From the human T2T-CHM13v2.0 reference genome, Homo sapiens, in assembly GCF_009914755.1 (NCBI RefSeq), contig NC_060945.1: 64,000 bases of DNA. The stretch is one strand, 5' to 3'. Made by a program: the position numbers and the translations under genes. Below the pieces are notes generated by a model, which saw only the letters and a program-made list of their open reading frames with translations, did not search any database and had not been told where the DNA came from. Positions 60,286 to 64,000 of the stretch are shown here, one piece after another (the stretch's first letter is position 1; the number at the start of each line of letters is the position of its first letter).

Positions 60286-61256
60286 TGTTGCAGGAAGTCA
60301 GGGACCCCAAATAGAGGGACCGGCTGGAGCCGCAGCAGAGGAACATAAATTGTGAAGATTTCCTGGACATTTATCAGTTCCCAAATAATACTTTTATAAC
60401 TTCTTATGCCTGTCTTTACTTTAATCCCTTAATCCTGTTATCTTCATAAGCTGAGGATATATGTCACCTCAGGACCACTGTGATAATTGTGTTAACCATA
60501 CACATTGATTGTAAAACATATGCGTTTGAACAATATGAAATCAGTGCACCTTGAAAAAGAACAGAATAACAGCGGCTTTTAGGGAACAAGGGAAGACAAC
60601 CATAAGGTCTGACTGCCTGTGGGGTCGGGCAAAAAGAGCCATATTTTTCTTCTTGCAGAGAGCGTATAAACGGACGTGCAAGCAGGAAAGATATCGCTAA
60701 ATTCTTTTCCTAGCGAGGAATATTAATATTAATACCCTGGGAAATGAATGCATTCCTGGGAGGAGATCTATAAATGGCCGCTCTGGGAATGTCTGTCTTA
60801 TGTGGTTGAGATAAAGACTGAGATATGCCCTGGTCTCCTGCAGTACCCTCAGGCTTCCTAGGGTGGGGAAAAGCTCCGCCCTGGTAACTTGTGGTTGGAC
60901 CAGTTCTCTGCTCTTGAACCCTGTTTTTTGTTGTTTAAGATGTTTATCAAGACAATACATGCACTGCTGAACATAGAACCTTATCAATATTTCTGCTTTT
61001 TGCCCTTTGAAGCATGTGATCTTTGTACCTACTCCCTGTTCTTACACCCCCTTCCCTTTTTAAAACCCTTAATAAAAACTTGCTGGTCTGAGACTCAAGC
61101 GGGCATTGTGGTCCTACTGATATGTGATGTCACCCCTGGTGGACCAGCTGTAAAATTCCTCTCTTTGTACTGTCTCTCTTTATTTCTCAGCTGGCCGACA
61201 CTTATGGAAAATAGAAAGAACCTACATTGAAATATCGGGGGTGGGTTCCCCCAATA
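60286..61256 (+). mobile_element. MER11 solo LTR (HERV-K11/HML-8)
   Basis: Starts tgttgcaggaagtcagggacccc and ends gggttcccccaata. AATAAA near 61070. Perfect 6-bp TSD agttag (60280-60285, 61257-61262). Confidence 0.93.
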
Positions 61257-61659
61257 AGTTAGAGTTTCAGAAAAAATTCAGACAAGGGACTACACATTAA
61301 TTGGCCAATAGATGTGTTTTATGTGGATGTGCCAAGCTGATATAAAGAGTTAGAGATAATAAGACATGAGAGGTTTGGATAACACTAAACTATGACTTCT
61401 TTGGTTTTGACTGCTTATAGAAGTAGGTGAACCTAGATTCCAAAAAGGAGCAGAATTGTTACCAGTGGAGTCTCAGTCTATTGACATGTAGTCATGGTGG
61501 TTGAAAAATTGCATCTATGGCATTTACGTATCTCACACACAGACACATAAACCCAAGTATAGATCACCACAAGATAAATTCAGAGGAGCAATCTTAGTGT
61601 CACTGCCCTTGTCTCTATCTTACCACCATATCCTCTCCTGATTCGGTTTATAAGAATAA

Positions 61660-61878
61660 TATACTGGTTAAGTGCATCATCTGGAATCAAAACATATGAT
61701 TTCAAATTCTGACTCTGCCATTTACTGACCTTACAACCTTTATTCTAGTTTCCTCAACTGTAAAGGGAATGACAGTTGTTATCTATCTAACGGAAATTTA
61801 GTAGAATTCACTAATTAATTCATACAAGCACTCAAAACACTGCCTAATGTATAGGAAGTGCTCAGTAAATATTAGTAT
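61660..61878 (+). mobile_element. MIR
   Basis: ttcaaattctgactctgccatttact...agtttcctcaactgtaaa...gtgctcagtaaatattag. Confidence 0.75.
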
Positions 61879-62464
61879 CAACAAATTCAAATCAGGAAAG
61901 GCACGAGGACAGTCTGTTTCTTAAAAGTGTCTGTTCAATTGTACTCTGGCCAAAAATCCAATACCCTGTTAGAGATTTTCAGCTAAGATAATTAAAAACA
62001 ATAGAAAGATTATTTCCTTACATTTAAGGAAGACTATTCTTTATTTGTGGCTGAAATGCTGTGTTCAGTTCTAGTCGATATATATCATAGCAAGAAAATA
62101 AGCGGGGAGAATGGTAACCTAAATACATCAGGAACATTAAACATGGGGGAAAATGTGATCAAATCAATAAAATTGTCAACAGCATGAACAGAATGAACTC
62201 TTAGTTATCTATTTCAGTGTTTTAGGATGACATGACACATCTTGAAACCCGAAGGAGGCAAACTGAAGTCAAAGAGTGCCATTTGACAATGCAGGAAATC
62301 ACTAACCCTAAGAAATATTGCTTGGGAAATATTATCATTCTATAATTACAGATTTAAAATCATTTTATCCATGATGTTTTTTCTTCTTATGCCCTCCTCT
62401 TGCCCAAGGTCTACATTTTCCTTTTCATTTTCAAATAATTAGGTAATAAATCCTGATTTGTTAC

Positions 62465-62566
62465 CATTGGAGTCAGAATGGATGACATCCACAAACTTTG
62501 CATCCGTGTAATCTAATCTGCTATATGGTGGTTTTCTGGAGAACCTTGGCCCAGCAGGGTCAAGAC
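62465..62566 (-). CDS. LIPI: LIPI exon 4 (102 nt, phase 1-1): [34 protein letters not shown], contains the catalytic Asp
   Basis: Minus strand: ttcttgctttccag|GTCTTGAC...TCCAATG|gtaaca. Lipase GLDPAGP and DAxFVDVIH motifs. Confidence 0.96.
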
Positions 62567-63208
62567 CTGGAAAGCAAGAAAGAAATAATCAGTCTCATCA
62601 AGTCCACAGAGCTCCTTACATTGCATACTTCCATTATTACTGCATTATAAACATAAAAAGCATTTATACTTTTAGTTTAAACCTATCCAAGAACATATCT
62701 AAAAACAAATGGAAGTGAATGAATAGCAGGTAACTTCAGTATTTGAATAATACTACTAACCTTCAGAGCTTTTCAGGTTAAGCCGCAACAAAATATTGTC
62801 GGAATTTTTGGAGTATTTTTCTGTGAGACTGAATTAGGAGTAATAAAGTAGTTTATATTTAATAATAACTACAACTATTTCTCCTGAAGGAAAAAAATAA
62901 TGAATACCATCTGGTCCTCTCTTGAACTCTGTACATTACTAGCTCACTTTGGATTTATCTGTAGATAGACCTGAAAAGCTTTTTTAGGTGCCAAATATAA
63001 TTTGGGCTATGGGATAAATCATGTTATCTTATCCATTTCTCGTAAGACTTTCTCACACACTCTTAAGAAAAGAAAAAATATATTTTAAATTCCATGGAGT
63101 GTGAATATTATTTCTGGGTTATCTTAATTTCTAAATAAAAATGCTAGGCTCATGACTTTCTGGGAATTGTCAAAAAGAGGAGAGAGAAGATAAAATTCAG
63201 TTTTTTGA

Positions 63209-64000
<792 letters not shown>

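Overview
Repeat-rich primate (most likely human) genomic DNA lying entirely inside the LIPI gene (lipase I, a phosphatidic-acid-selective phospholipase A1; chr21q11 from memory), which runs on the minus strand. Six coding exons can be read directly with GT-AG boundaries and consistent phases: exons 4-9 by homology to LIPH (62465-62566, 47069-47158, 45930-46097, 44126-44230, 33279-33390, 25319-25495). They encode the catalytic Asp and His, the short 12-residue lid and the PLAT domain. The ORF track captures only exon 9 and part of exon 7 in the correct frame. The introns are mostly mobile DNA: the pol-env-3'LTR half of a defective ERV3/HERV15-like provirus (1-5512), a full-length dead L1PA3, several older L1s, a THE1, an MLT1, a MER11 solo LTR, Alus, MIR/L2, and Tigger/mariner MITEs. 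Most interesting points: (i) the L1PA3 5' end sits ~270 bp from the exon 5 acceptor with its antisense promoter pointing into LIPI and its ZNF93-site segment retained; (ii) an intact 39-codon transmembrane/Cys-rich ORF lies between the proviral pol and env; (iii) a clear L1 3' transduction; (iv) direct L1 repeats flank the in-frame, catalytic exon 4; (v) a 93-bp inverted duplication. Repeat subfamily names come from recalled consensus sequences, and boundaries of old repeats are approximate.
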